A stretch of DNA of 64,000 nucleotides from Lytechinus pictus (lineage: Eukaryota). The stretch is taken from positions 16,740,001 to 16,804,000 of the forward strand of contig NC_087262.1 in assembly GCF_037042905.1 (NCBI RefSeq). The letters run 5' to 3'. The translations under genes and the position numbers were made by a program. Shown here piece by piece: positions 10,132 through 22,747 of this stretch (its first letter is position 1; each line of letters starts with the position of its first letter). The notes under the pieces were generated by a model. That model searched no databases and was not told the DNA's origin. It worked only from the letters and a program-made list of their open reading frames with translations.

Positions 10132-13100
10132 TGTTTTTGTTTTGAATAATATTTTATTTTCTTCCTCTTTCAAATCAATAAGTTTACAATCACAATTCAT
10201 ATAAATAAAGATTATTTGTATGTATACAATCAATAAACAATCAAACAAATAAATATATCAATATCAATGAGATTACGAATATTTTTTAAATGATTACAAA
10301 TGAAATTAAACTGCCAAATTTCTCTTCTATAACAATGTGAAAGCAGAGGGGAAAAACCCGTATCAATCGACAAAATAAAAAAAAACGTACTTTGTAAAAA
10401 ATGACTTTTTCCCTGAATAGAATATAAATAATCTCTTTTGCACATATTAATTGTACAAGAAAATAAAAAAGGATAAAATATTATTTTAAAGGTTAATTAG
10501 AGGAAGGTTATCCTAAAACGTCCCTACACACTCACCTTACCCCCATACCCCTCCCCCCTCATCTCTCTCCCCAGACACTCACACAAGCTCACTTCAACTC
10601 ACCACCACTCACATCTCCCCCCCCCCCCCCTCTTCCCGTCACAAAACTCACACTTCCATCTACACACGTACACCCACACACAATGCATCCTGCTCTGGTA
10701 CAACTATCTGTATTTGAACAAATAAACAAAACAGAAACAAAATGAAGCAACCAATACATCCATAGTATTAAGAAAGGTATGCATTGATTTGTTCCCATTT
10801 CCTTAAGTGCACCCCCAGCTTCCCCTTTTTAAACGCTATTTGATATTCCGTATCTCTATACTCTTTAACCAAATGTGTCACTTTCTGTACGGTTGGTAAT
10901 ATTCCCTGTTTTCTTGAACTAAAAATGATATACTTAATTAAGAATATAATACAGTTTATTAAAGCTACTCTTGTAGTATTTCCAGATATCCCCATGAAAA
11001 TTGTTTTCCAAACGTCACTGCCAAGTTCATTCAGTTGAAATATTTTACTCATCTCTTCCCATAATCGCTTAACTTCAGGACAATACAAAAATAAATGTTG
11101 GTAAGACTCAACTTCTTTTTTACAAAAGGAACAGAAATTTTCTGTCTCAAAACCGAATTTAAAAAGTTCCCTTTTTGTGTACACAGCCCCTTGTAATTGT
11201 TTGTATTGAAATTCTCTGTGTTTATTGCATAGCATTGCACATTTCAGTCTCAAAAATACTTCTTTCAGTTCCCCCATTCCCAAATCATATTCGGATTGCC
11301 CATCTGTAACATGAAATACATAATCAATTTGAAAATTTTCAATGAAGTGGTCATATATTCGTCTAGATTTTATATCACATAGTTTCTGAACATGCCCACA
11401 TATCATCAATTGAATTTCAAAGTTGTCTGTATCCATTTCCATAAAATCATTTTGTATCCACTCTTCTGTTATTACTGAAAATATCTTTTGAATTTTGAGC
11501 AAGTTTTCAGATGAAAATTTCAAATTATACCAATATGAAACTGGTCTTAATTTACCTCCAACTATTATATCCGAGACCTTAACTATACCTTTCTGAAATA
11601 ATTCAATATAAAAAAAGGTCTTATTATTAAGGCATAGACGCTTGTTATTAAAAATAATGGGATTACTTTTCCCTCCAAAATGTCTACACTTATCCAATTC
11701 GTGCCATGCCTTCAGCATATCTATGTAAAATAATGGTATACCTTTTAAATTCATTCTACTCGTATCATAACCACACAGAAATATGATTCGACCGCCTAAA
11801 GATCTAAAAAAATATTCGAAGGTTGCTTTCCAACCCGAACTTTTCCCTCCATCATGTCCATCTAGCAAACGTTTAATCCACATTATTCGTTGGGTCTTAA
11901 CAAAGACCTCAAAATTTGGAGCTCTCAGTCCTCCAACAGAATAGTCTTGATATAGAACCTTGCGTTTTATTCTATCTCTTCCTCCCCAAATAAAATTAAA
12001 AGAAATTCTTTCTATTTCCTTAAAAACGTCTTTTGGGACTGTCATCAGGGAAGAAACATAATTTAATTTTGAAAATGCATACATTTTCAAAAGTTTTATT
12101 TTACCATACATCGTAAGATCTCTCTGCTTCCACCAACCAATAAGTCTTTTAATTTTACTCAAGATTTCCTTATAGTTCAAGTCATCTTTGACTTTACAAT
12201 CCCGTGCGAAATATACCCCTAAGATTTTAATATGTTGTAACCAATGTCAAAGAAGTGGTAAACCAGGTCTATCTCTTTCTTCTCCCAACCATAAAAAGTT
12301 TGTTTTATCCATATTAATCTTCAATCCACTTAAATTTTCAAAATCTGAAAATATTTTCTTTACTCTATGGATCGAGTTCATATCTTTTTAAAACAATGTA
12401 ATGTCGTCTGCATACAGAACTTGTTTTATTTCCCGTTTCCCAAATCCTATCCCTTTAATATTAACATCTCTCCTAATATAATGAGCTAATAATTCAATCG
12501 CTATGATAAATAAATATGGAGAGAGTGGACCCCCCTGCCTTACTCCTCTATTAACTTCAAAATATCCCGTAGAATGCCCCCCGTTCAACACGCAACTACT
12601 AACATTATAATAAAGAGTTTTGACCCAAGAACACAGATTTTTCCCAAACCCGAAATGTTCTAAAGTTTTGAATAAAAGTTTATGAGAGATACAATCGAAT
12701 GCCTTTTCAAAATCCACTGCAATTAAAAAACCTAAGGGTTGATACAAAGACTGAAAAAAACACATCATCAATTAACCGAACTGCTTCCCCAATATTACGA
12801 TCTTTGACATAACCCACTTGATCACAATAAATAATATCTCCCAAGACCTCTTTCACCCTTGTCGCTAACACTTTTGACAAAATTTTATAATCTACATTCA
12901 AAAGAGTTATCGGCCTATAATTTTTTATGTGCAAAGGATTTTTGCCTTCTTTTTCAATTAGAGTAATTACCCCCTGTCTCTGCGAATTTGACAACATTTT
13001 AACTTCAAAACTTTCATTGAAAGCTTCAACTATGATTTTCCCTAAAAGTGGCCAAAATGTAAAGTAGAACTCTGCGGTAAAACCATCATTGCCAGGCGAT

Positions 13101-13947
13101 TTATTCCATTTCATTTCCTTTAAAGCCTGAAAACATTCTTCATGTGTTATCGGATATTCACAAAACTCTCTATTTTCTTTACTCAATTTGGGTAAATCAC
13201 TAAAAAACATGTTTTCAATATCATCATTAGTTTCAAGATTTTTACATGCATATAAATTTTTATAAAACTCCCGAATGATTTTTATAATACCTTTGCAATC
13301 TCGCACCGTTTCCTGATTTTTATTATAAATCTCCTTAATCGCACTTCTCCTTTTATTGGATTTAAGTAATTGTTCAAAGAACTGTGAATTTCTTTCTCCT
13401 TCTTCAGACCATTGGGCTCTTGAACGGACCTTTAGACCTTGACGAGAATAGTCGAAAAGTTTATCTAGTTCCTCTTTTTTTAATTCAATTTCGTTTTGGA
13501 TATCAATATGAAAAGTGATCGTCAAGCGATATTCTAAATCTTTAATTTCTTTTTGTAATTTTTCAATGTGAATTTTTCGGAGTTTTGCTCTTTCACGGGA
13601 AAATGCCATTATATATTCTCTTAACTTCATTTTCATAAATTCCCAAAATTTAATCTTGCTTGTTATTTGGTCCCGCCATATTCTTTCTATTTCAGAAATC
13701 TTCATCTTTACCCCGTCTACAAAATCTTTATCAGAGCATAAACTGCTGTTAAACTTCCAGTACGATCTCCCATATGCAAAACTTTCGACTAAATTATCAA
13801 ACTCGACCTGAACTCCAGCATGGTCAGGAGTGATTGAGGGTAAAATGTCTGAACTTTTCACGTCTTTTTCTAATTTCGAGGAGATAAAAATATAATCCAA
13901 TCTGCTCTGAACGAAGGGATTATTTTGTTTGAAGGTAAATTATTTTT
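10132..13947 (-). mobile_element. 5'-truncated, frameshifted Tx1/L1-clade LINE (end of APE endonuclease, RT, C-terminal zinc finger, 3' UTR)
   Basis: ORF pieces 12707-13900 (DYIF, PDH, KSPGNDG, YRPITLLN), 12388-12771 (DFEKAFD, QGGPLSP, YADD), 10768-12180 (CSFC..HLFLYC); AATAAA plus (CAAAA)n tail; ~5-bp TGTTT duplication; empty site acgtgtttataaattg at ~34700 and ~45093. Confidence 0.92.
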
Positions 13948-14721
13948 TGTTTATAAATTGCCGTTTGTTTATACCGCCCTCTTTCGAGAGAATCAGGACA
14001 TGCTCTACCTTCGAACAACATGGAAATGGATCTATTGGAGACTGAATTATTTTCTGGAGAAAATCTTTCATCATATTCACCTTTTTAGAAAATGTTGATG
14101 GAAAGAAACAACACAAATGCACATACATACGGTTGACCACCCCCCCCCCAAAAAAAAAAAAAAGGATAATAAAAATCAATACAAATTTTAAACAGGAAGT
14201 GATTGGACTCTTTGTTTTTTTCTCAGGTTTGACATTTATCTTGTAGAAGTGACAGAATGACGAATGACGTACTGTGAAATAAGATAATTAATTGTGACAT
14301 CCTATAAGGTCTTCCTTTAAGTAAAAGAATAGCATATGCACTCTAATAATGGAACATTGAAAGGTTATTGATAGATATTGATTCAGTATCTATGTATTTT
14401 ATTTTCTAATTGAATTACTTGCGTGAAATTGCATAGACATAATGTGTATATAAATAATATTGAAATTTATATTATTATAACATTCTCTATATTATAGTGT
14501 GCATAATGTATGTATGGACACGTTTACCACAGAATATAAATTGTACACTTTTTAAAGTTTTAATTTGACCCATGTTTTGTTTCTAATACCTGTACATTCT
14601 CTTGATCTCATACATATCAAATCAATTTTAAAATGCGATTTCTATATGAATTATTATTGTATAATATAAAGTGCATGGATGTGTTGTGATTATTGTGGAT
14701 GGATGTCACCTTACAAGTCCC

Positions 14722-14879
14722 GGGCTCCGTAACACAAAGATTAGCGATCAATCGCTAAATGAATTGACCAATCAAGATCAATGTTACACGCGCATTTGTT
14801 GCAAAATACTGACTAGGAACCAATCAGAAGTATACTTTCATATTTGCTATTCATCGCAAACCTTTGTGTTACGGAGCCC
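14722..14879. mobile_element. MITE (Harbinger-like ends) gggctccgtaacacaaag...ctttgtgttacggagccc
   Basis: 18-bp perfect TIR; only a half element in opposite orientation survives in the other spacers. Confidence 0.75.
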
Positions 14880-14945
14880 AGGTCTGGGAGGAAGGCCTTT
14901 GGGCGGTAGTAATTTATTTTACGTTTTCCTTTCCCAGGCAACCTG

Positions 14946-15080
14946 GGTCCCGTAAATTAACACAAAGATTAGTGATTAATCGTACACTTGATTTTTTACG
15001 ATTGATTGTACATTGTAGTCAATGGAATCAATCGTAGAAAAATGTTCTACAATAATTGCTAAGCTCTGTGTTACGGGTCC
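14946..15080. mobile_element. Related MITE with CTG flanks, present in all spacers
   Basis: ctg|ggtcccgta..acacaaag ... ctctgtgttacgggtcc|ctg; homologues at ~35570, ~45963, ~55598. Confidence 0.6.
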
Positions 15081-17812
15081 CTGGAGATAAATTAGTAAAC
15101 ATCCTCGTCTCTTTTAATTTTGTCAAGTAAATTGCTTTTTGTTGAAATACTGAATAAAAATAATAATAACAATGTATATACATGTAGAGGACTCCTCGCA
15201 CGGAGTAAAACAAAAATCGTACACATGGATTTTGAAGTTACACCTTGTAGGACTATTGATACTAAAAAAAGGGGGTACTTTAAATATTTCGTTGATAGAA
15301 AACAATAACTGTCCCCATACAAATATCACTGATGTCTTCGGTTTGGTGAATAAAGTAATTTGTTCTCTTCGTGAATATTAAGGTTTTTGTCGTTTGGAAA
15401 TGTATACACATGGATTTCTGGCAAGATAGACTATAGTCTTACCACATAGGAAGGGGGATTTTAAGTGAATGAATAAAAAAAGATGTATAGTTTCATAATG
15501 TGATTTCTAAATATGTTTGTTCAACTATTCGCTGCCTGCACTGGCATAATGTTTCTCTCCCGCGAATATTATATTTCTATAATTTATTTTTGTACTTCAA
15601 CTTTTGATATTTATATTGTTTTTTTTGTTGGCGTCATGTTCCATCTCTATCCGTTATTGTAAATTGATTTTTAAAATGCATATATCGAAACAAAGACACA
15701 GGGGTTTGTTTCTCATACAAGCATGGACTTTTTCTTGGCAAACCCTCCGTTCTGTTCCATTTATTTTTTACCCAAAGTCACTTTTATTCACCTCAATATC
15801 CTTTCATTCGATTTTTTTCTTCTTAATTATGTATATTATAATTGGAATTGAACTCGTTGTGATATTTTTTACAATGTATTTTTTATATGAATATACTTAA
15901 GTGCATTTTAAGAACCAATAAGTAATAAATCAATCTCAAATCTCACTAAAATGATCAAATACCTTCTCACAGACGAATTACGTTTTTAGTAAATCCGTGG
16001 ATTTAAAGAAAGAGAGAACGTTGTATCAAATCAGGATGCAATTCGTTTTACCCACTGTTCTCTGAGATGAATTATAATATCAACATTTTGCGCCAATTTA
16101 GTGTCGTTTGTTTTAATTTGGACGTAATGAATGTTATCAATTCAGTTTGACAAATCGGACGGAAATTGTTTGTGTCAACGGAAATGGCTTTACACTGAGA
16201 GTATAGATTATTTTGCACAATCATAATTATTTTACCTGTTTTACATAACATATATCATTTCATGTTTTTAACGATATATATATCGCGTTTATGTAATCTC
16301 TTTATAATACGCTGTCTGATTTCCATCTGTGAAATACACAAAATTATTTCAACCATTGTTATAGCCTATTATGATGTAGCCAATAAAAACTAACGCTGTA
16401 AAGATTCAAATCATAATGATTTCATTATCATGTGTGAGAGGGGAGGAATTTACAGACTTAGTGTTAGCCCTACTCGAGAATGACATAATCAAAATCGACA
16501 ATTAAAATTTCCAAACCAACCGATTACTTTCCATTAATTTTTTTTTCATGGATTTCAATTTTTTAATGATGTAATCAGGGGCGGCACCATGATATTTTGA
16601 TTGGGAGGGGGGGGGGGGTGGCACCGAAAGATTACGTCATATATTTTCTCAATTGAACTATAGGGATGTTTTATATGTATATGGTCCAGACCTCTCCATT
16701 TTAATTCTTTTTCCTCAATTCTCTCATTTCCTTATTTTTCTCCTCCTTTGTCACTACGTACAAAATCGTAGGGAGCGGTAGCCCCTTCCCTTTTCTCTAT
16801 AAATAAATATAGGCAAAATGTTCATACCATTTGTTCCAGGAAAGGTAAGAGAAATGGAGATTGAAAGAAAGAAGGGAGGGGGTAGAAGGGGCAGGGCCGT
16901 AGCTAGAGGGGGGGTATGGGGGGTGTGACACCCCCCAACATTCGTGGCAGTCGGCAAAATCATGTACCAGTTNNNNNNNNNNNNNNNNNNNNNNNNNNNN
17001 NNNNNNNNNNNNNNNNNNNNNNNNNNNNNNNNNNNNNNNNNNNNNNNNNNNNNNNNNNNNNNNNNNNNNNNNNNNNNNNNNNNNNNNNNNNNNNNNNNNN
17101 NNNNNNNNNNNNNNNNNNNNNNNNNNNNNNNNNNNNNNNNNNNNNNNNNNNNNNNNNNNNNNNNNNNNNNNNNNNNNNNNNNNNNNNTTGAAGAAGGTTA
17201 CGACTTTTAGAGTAAAGACAACCAATTGGCAAATCCAAGTCCATGTAGCCAGGCTTAGAGCCCTATACTAGTCAGCAAAATACTAAGTACAAAACAGATG
17301 GAGCAATAATAACACACAAAGTAAGCCCCCGGTCCTCCCCCAATATGAACAAGCTTGTTAGTTTGCAAATTATACCACAATTATTGACGATTTAACAAAC
17401 ACATTAGTTTTGTAAAATTAGAGGCAAGACTAGGTACATAAATATTGGGTGGGGTGAATTTCCAAGGTTTAAGTTGAATAATCAAAGCCAAAGTATAGTT
17501 GGCAAATTATAAAGTGGGCCTATTAAAGTGGCAGAACACTATACGCTCTACCAGTCAGCAAAGTGATGTACAAGTACTGCCCCGTTTCAGATCTGAAAAG
17601 AACAGAACACAAGACTTAAAAAACTGGTAACTCTGCAGTTGGCAAATTCATGAAGACAAGTCTACAACTTGTAGACTTGTCTACAAGTTTGCAGTTGGCA
17701 AAAAACACAAAAATGTTCTAAGTTATTTTTACTAAACTTTTTTATTTATTTATGGTGTCAGAAGGTGCTTAGGGTGGGGATGGGGGCAGGTTGGGCTTGC
17801 ATCATTCCTGGT

Positions 17813-17977
17813 CACTAGCGTACCTACGGGGGGGGGGGCAGGGGGGGCACTCTGCCCCCCCTGACGAGTCACAAACCATGCAAAAACGTATCTTTGCCCC
17901 CCCTGACGGGCTTGAAAAACCTTTTTTGCCCCCCTGACGAGCTTTAAGACCTCTAATGCCCCTCTGACGAGCTTGAA

Positions 17978-18015
<38 letters not shown>

Positions 18016-18050
18016 TGTCAATTTTTTTTCTGGAACGAAATCCTTCAAGA

Positions 18051-18096
<46 letters not shown>

Positions 18097-18156
18097 TGTC
18101 AAATTTTTTGGCGGACGGTTTTGCCCCCCCTGTGGAAAATCCTAGGTACGCCACTG
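17813..18156. mobile_element. 344-bp hAT-like MITE with poly-T tracts
   Basis: Ends cactagcgtaccta / taggtacgccactg; 8-bp TSD ttcctggt; related partial inverted copy at ~62272-62449. Confidence 0.85.
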
Positions 18157-18164
18157 TTCCTGGT

Positions 18165-19091
18165 GCTCGCATTGTCTGACTAATGAGATACATAGTCCTG
18201 TTGTATTTTAAGTCCATGAAGATTATGCAAAAATCTATCTCCTCGCACTTCAAGTTATCATTGTTTTATGTAGTGACATATGCTTTTTTCATGACTATAT
18301 ACTTAAAGTGATTGCCCCCTTTTAAGGCCTTAATAAAACATTTCCAGTCTGTGCTTACGTTCGCATTTGTGTGGACCGATATAGATACCGGGCTGGTGTT
18401 AAATCAACACCGGCGTTTTTGCAGTGCACGAATTCCTAAAGACAGTCCTTAAAATGTCCCTTTTTGTGATCTAATTATAACAAATTTTCAGCTCGCGCTT
18501 CGCGCTCGCATCACTTAATTAGTGAAATAGTAAATTCCTACAAACAAGCCATTGAATGCCCCTCTTCAGGTCTGAATTTCAAAAATTGTCAGCTCGCGCT
18601 TCTCGCCCGCAATATTTCATTAGTGAAATACGTATCATGATTACAATGACCACAAAAATTGCTTCATGTGCCAGTGTAATTCTAACAAAATCAGCAAGCG
18701 CTTGGTGCTCGCATTAGATGACTATGATGAGATACGTACGCACTTCATAAATTCCAAAAGATAGTCCTGAAAATGTCCCTTTTTAGGGTTAAGTTATACA
18801 AAAAATGTCAACTCGCGCTTCGCGCTCGCATTGTTTGTTTTGTAAGACAGGTACGTATCATGATTACAAAACTTTGCTTATAATGTCCCTTTTAGGACTG
18901 AATATCAAACATTTTCAGCTTGCGCTTCGCGCTCGCATTATTCGATCACTAAGATACATATCCGTTTAATGGCACAGTCCACAGGTCATACCTGGCAATT
19001 AATGACTCTAAATTAATTTAATGACTTAATGACTCTAAATTTTTGCTGTTGCCCCCCCCCCCCCAATGCCGTGACCCACGGTACGCCACTG
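18165..19091 (+). mobile_element. Left-truncated member of the CAGTGGCGTA hAT-like family with periodic gctcgcgcttcgcgctcgc motifs
   Basis: Right end cacggtacgccactg and body homologous to 24100-24988. Confidence 0.75.
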
Positions 19092-20204
19092 TTAGCAGTA
19101 GCACTCTTGAAATTTTAGTTGAGACATCTTGCACAGAAGGTCAATTAAAAATTAACAAATCTTTGATTTTGATATTATTAATGCATAGGGTATATCATTA
19201 TACTGCAAGTTAGCAACTACGGCACACTAGCCTTTCTATTTTGATCCAAAATGTTTATTTTTAAAGTGCAAATATCTTTGTATATCTTTGTATAATTTAC
19301 TTTAAAGTATTCACCAAATGCCACCAATTCAATTCTAAAAATTCAAAATATTTTAGCATGTGATTATTGTAGGGGGGCACATCCCCCATCAGACTCCCCC
19401 TGTGCTCACGTTGGCGCTGTCACGCCAAATTTAGTTGGCAAATTTAGCTGGTACACCCCCCCAACAAAATGCTTCTGGCTACGGCCCTGAGAAGGGGTAG
19501 AGGTTGGGAGCTAAAGGAGGTGTGAAAGAGGGCAAGATGTAAAAGGGAAATTGAATAGTAAATTTAGAGAGGGGAAGAGCGAAATGGAAAAGATGTGAGG
19601 GGGAATAGAAAGAGAGATAGGGGAAAGGAAACTCATGCCGTTTGAAAGTACTTAGAATATCACATTACAAGACATAAGATAACAATTTTATTGTTATTCC
19701 GGATAAGATCATGATGTAGTATCAACGAAACCGACTCCAAACCGACCCCTGATACGGTGTGTACCATTCGAAAAAAAAACCGGTCAGACAGCCTTGAGGT
19801 CGGTTTTCTTTGTCATGCTACTGTCGAAATCGAGTCCAAACCGACTGATATGACACGGGGGGGGGGATACACAAACCGTAATAGCCCTGACCGGTTTTAG
19901 GTCGGTTTCATGGATGTGACTGTAGCATGACAAAGAAATTTAAAAAAAAATCCAAACCGATCGATAGAATGTCATTGGAAATTACGTATAGATTCAATAG
20001 ATCTGGATTCGATGTGACCGTGGCTAAGACTGTTTAACACTGATCACTAGACTGAATGTATCCTCAGAAACATTAGAATTAAAGTGAAATATCCAGGATG
20101 CGCCCGTGATGATTCAAAGATGAGTAGCAAACTGACGGAGCTAATAATCTCTTAGATTGAGCCCGGTATAAGAACTCCCAAATGCTGTTATCTCGCTCAC
20201 TTAA

Positions 20205-20812
20205 AGGGGTACTCTGTGCTGAAAATATTTATTTAAAAAAATAGATTTTAAATTCACAGAGCAAAACGCTGAAAATTTCATCAAAATATGATAACAAACA
20301 GCGAAGTTATTGAATTTTTAAGTTTAGCATTATTTTGTGAACAAAATAGGTAAATGCACGTCATCACGAATATCCATTACGTTGGTTGATGATGTCACAT
20401 CCTCACTTTCCTATTTCTTATGTTATTACATGAAATCATATTTGTTTATTTTTTTCATACATGTGTGAATATTATGTCTCCTCTATAATGAAATAAGTTA
20501 CAGCAATGAATTTCCAATGCACTAAATCAGTTGTCAATCCAAATTGTTCAGTTCTTGGTAGAAAAATGGGAATAAACCTAATTTCATATAACTGTATAAT
20601 AAACTACGAAAGAACAAGTGGGGATATGACATCAATTTGCTCATTGAATATTCATGAAGACATGCCTGGAATTGTTTCACCGGAATAATGCAAATCTTTA
20701 AAATGACATAACTTTGTTATTCGTTCCGATTTTGATCAAATTTTAAGTGTTTTGTTTGTCTGATTTTTCTTTATCTGTTTGAATCATATTATTTTCAGCC
20801 CGGAGCATCCCT
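20205..20812. mobile_element. ~600-bp TTAA-flanked non-autonomous DNA transposon (Kolobok-like)
   Basis: ttaa|aggggtactc..gctgaaaat ... attttcagcccggagcatccct; paralogous copy at 60193-60787 has TTAA on both sides. Confidence 0.7.
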
Positions 20813-22747
20813 TAAAGCTCAGGATTTGAACAAAAATAACAGTGTACCCCCAAAAAACCAATTATGCTCCAGCTTCTTACTAAGTCGGTTTAAAGGGGCC
20901 CATTCCAGGCTGAAAGTAAAATGATTTGAATAGATCCCTTGAACCACGAAATGCCATAAAATTGAAGTTTAAACTCTAGACCTGTCGTGTTTTGTTAAAG
21001 CGCTCCGAATTTTTGTCATTCGTTAGGATATTTTTCTTTAGGAAATGTCTCTGTCGTTATATACTCCCATAGAGGCGTAACTTAATGAAAACATATAGTT
21101 CAGAGTCAGTAGTGCTAACCCATGTTTTGGATGGCGAGAGGGGGTAAAGACAATGTCCAAAATATTTCGGGGAGCTCTGCGCGCCAAATTATAATGCAGA
21201 ATTTTGCACGTGATGCTCACCGAAAAGTTTAGTTTTATATGTTTAATAGTATTTTCATGTCAAGTCTGATGGTTTTATAGCGGTTTCATTTGTTCGTCAA
21301 ATACATTTTTGCAATGGATTCTTAACATTTTCAATCTGTCAAAATGTTTGGGCAAGGCAAATCGATATGTTTGCCGCAAAACTATTTCCTGCCTATCCAG
21401 TACTATACACCCCCCCCCTCCATTATCGTTAAATGCCCTCATCTACATCTGTAACACTAATCAGCCCCTGATTCATAATAATAGATGAACAACTCTCAAG
21501 CGTTTTGAAAATGTGAATTTTTAGCTAGGTCGCTACGCTCCCTCGCTTGATAGTACCCCTGGAAATCTGTCTGGTGTTAAAGAATGTCGAAATGTAACCA
21601 AAAGCACCGATATTTTGTAGTGCAATCCTTTATTATTATTATCATAATCATCATTATTATTATTATTATTATCATTATTTTTTGGCTTGGCATATATTTG
21701 TGCTCTGGACCAGAATAATCGTCATTTTGTAGTGAAACGCCTGTTGTTGGGTTTTATTTGTTTTGTTTTTGCTTGTCAAATTTACATCAGCACCCCCAGT
21801 AAAATAAAATTGTTTCCAGAGCCATGTGTGTCTTGGGTTTTCGACGAAGTTACCTCGGTGCTCTGGTGTCTAAAACATATCTACTGGTCCCTTCGGTAAA
21901 AAGAAAGAGTGACGTCTTGATTTTTACTTTTATCATGCTTCGTTTTGTACTTTAAAAATAATGCAATAGAAACGTGGAACCGGGGTACTCAAAAAGGCGA
22001 TTAAGGACGAGATTGCACTCTGCAAATGGGGGTACGTTGGGAACTGGAATTTAACATGAAATGAGGGTTTTCAAGAACTTGCGCCTGAAATTAGGGGCTT
22101 AGGGACGGGGAAGAACGAGTTGATCAATGAAAAGGGATGAAGAAGATATTCCTGGGAACTGATGACATGGCGTGAAAATGTAATAACCACTTATTGTTCA
22201 AATTTAGTAACCAATTCAGCATTGTTCAGCTTTGTGCATGGAATTCTGAAATATCTTATTGTATTCGAAGGCATATGACATCAAGAAAGTATGAGAAATG
22301 TTACAATCATTTCGAGAAAAAGAGATATAGGAATGAAATACAAAGACCTAGATAATGACAGAAAGGAATGATACAAACGGGCGAAATGGAAGCAGGTCTG
22401 GATGGGGGGGGGAGGGTGTATCTTTTTTTTTTTTAGGGGGGGCAACAAGCCACAAATTTTCAACGAGGATCTTAGTTCATCCTACACAGTGTTGTTTTTT
22501 CTTCAGGAGGGAACAGGTGATTTTTTGTTGAGAATCCTGAAAGTGATGGATTAAAGTAACTGAGTAATCACTAGTAGTTATAGAGGAACGTTTTGAGTTT
22601 GAATGGTAAAAAAAGGGATTAAGTGGATTATTATTTTGGTAAATTTGGATCAGATTTTCGGAAAAGTGTTAAGTTTTCACAATATCCCCCTTTAAAGGGG
22701 AAGGGCAATTGCCCATTTCTCATATAAAACTGAATAGCAGCCACTGA

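Larger units (their letters stand above)
16892..19489. mobile_element. Non-autonomous hAT-like element carrying nested insertions and an assembly gap (16973-17187)
   Basis: TIR CAGGGCCGTAGC/GCTACGGCCCTG; 8-bp TSD agaagggg (16884-16891, 19490-19497); empty site at ~37491. Confidence 0.88.

Noticed and set aside
5195-13900. RT-driven diversification (DGR-like) of the variable propeller
   Set aside because: The RTs are truncated ordinary LINEs present in one unit only; there is no template-repeat/variable-repeat pair or adenine-specific variation
17750-18253. Lysine-rich 167-aa ORF
   Set aside because: Translation of poly-T tracts inside a MITE
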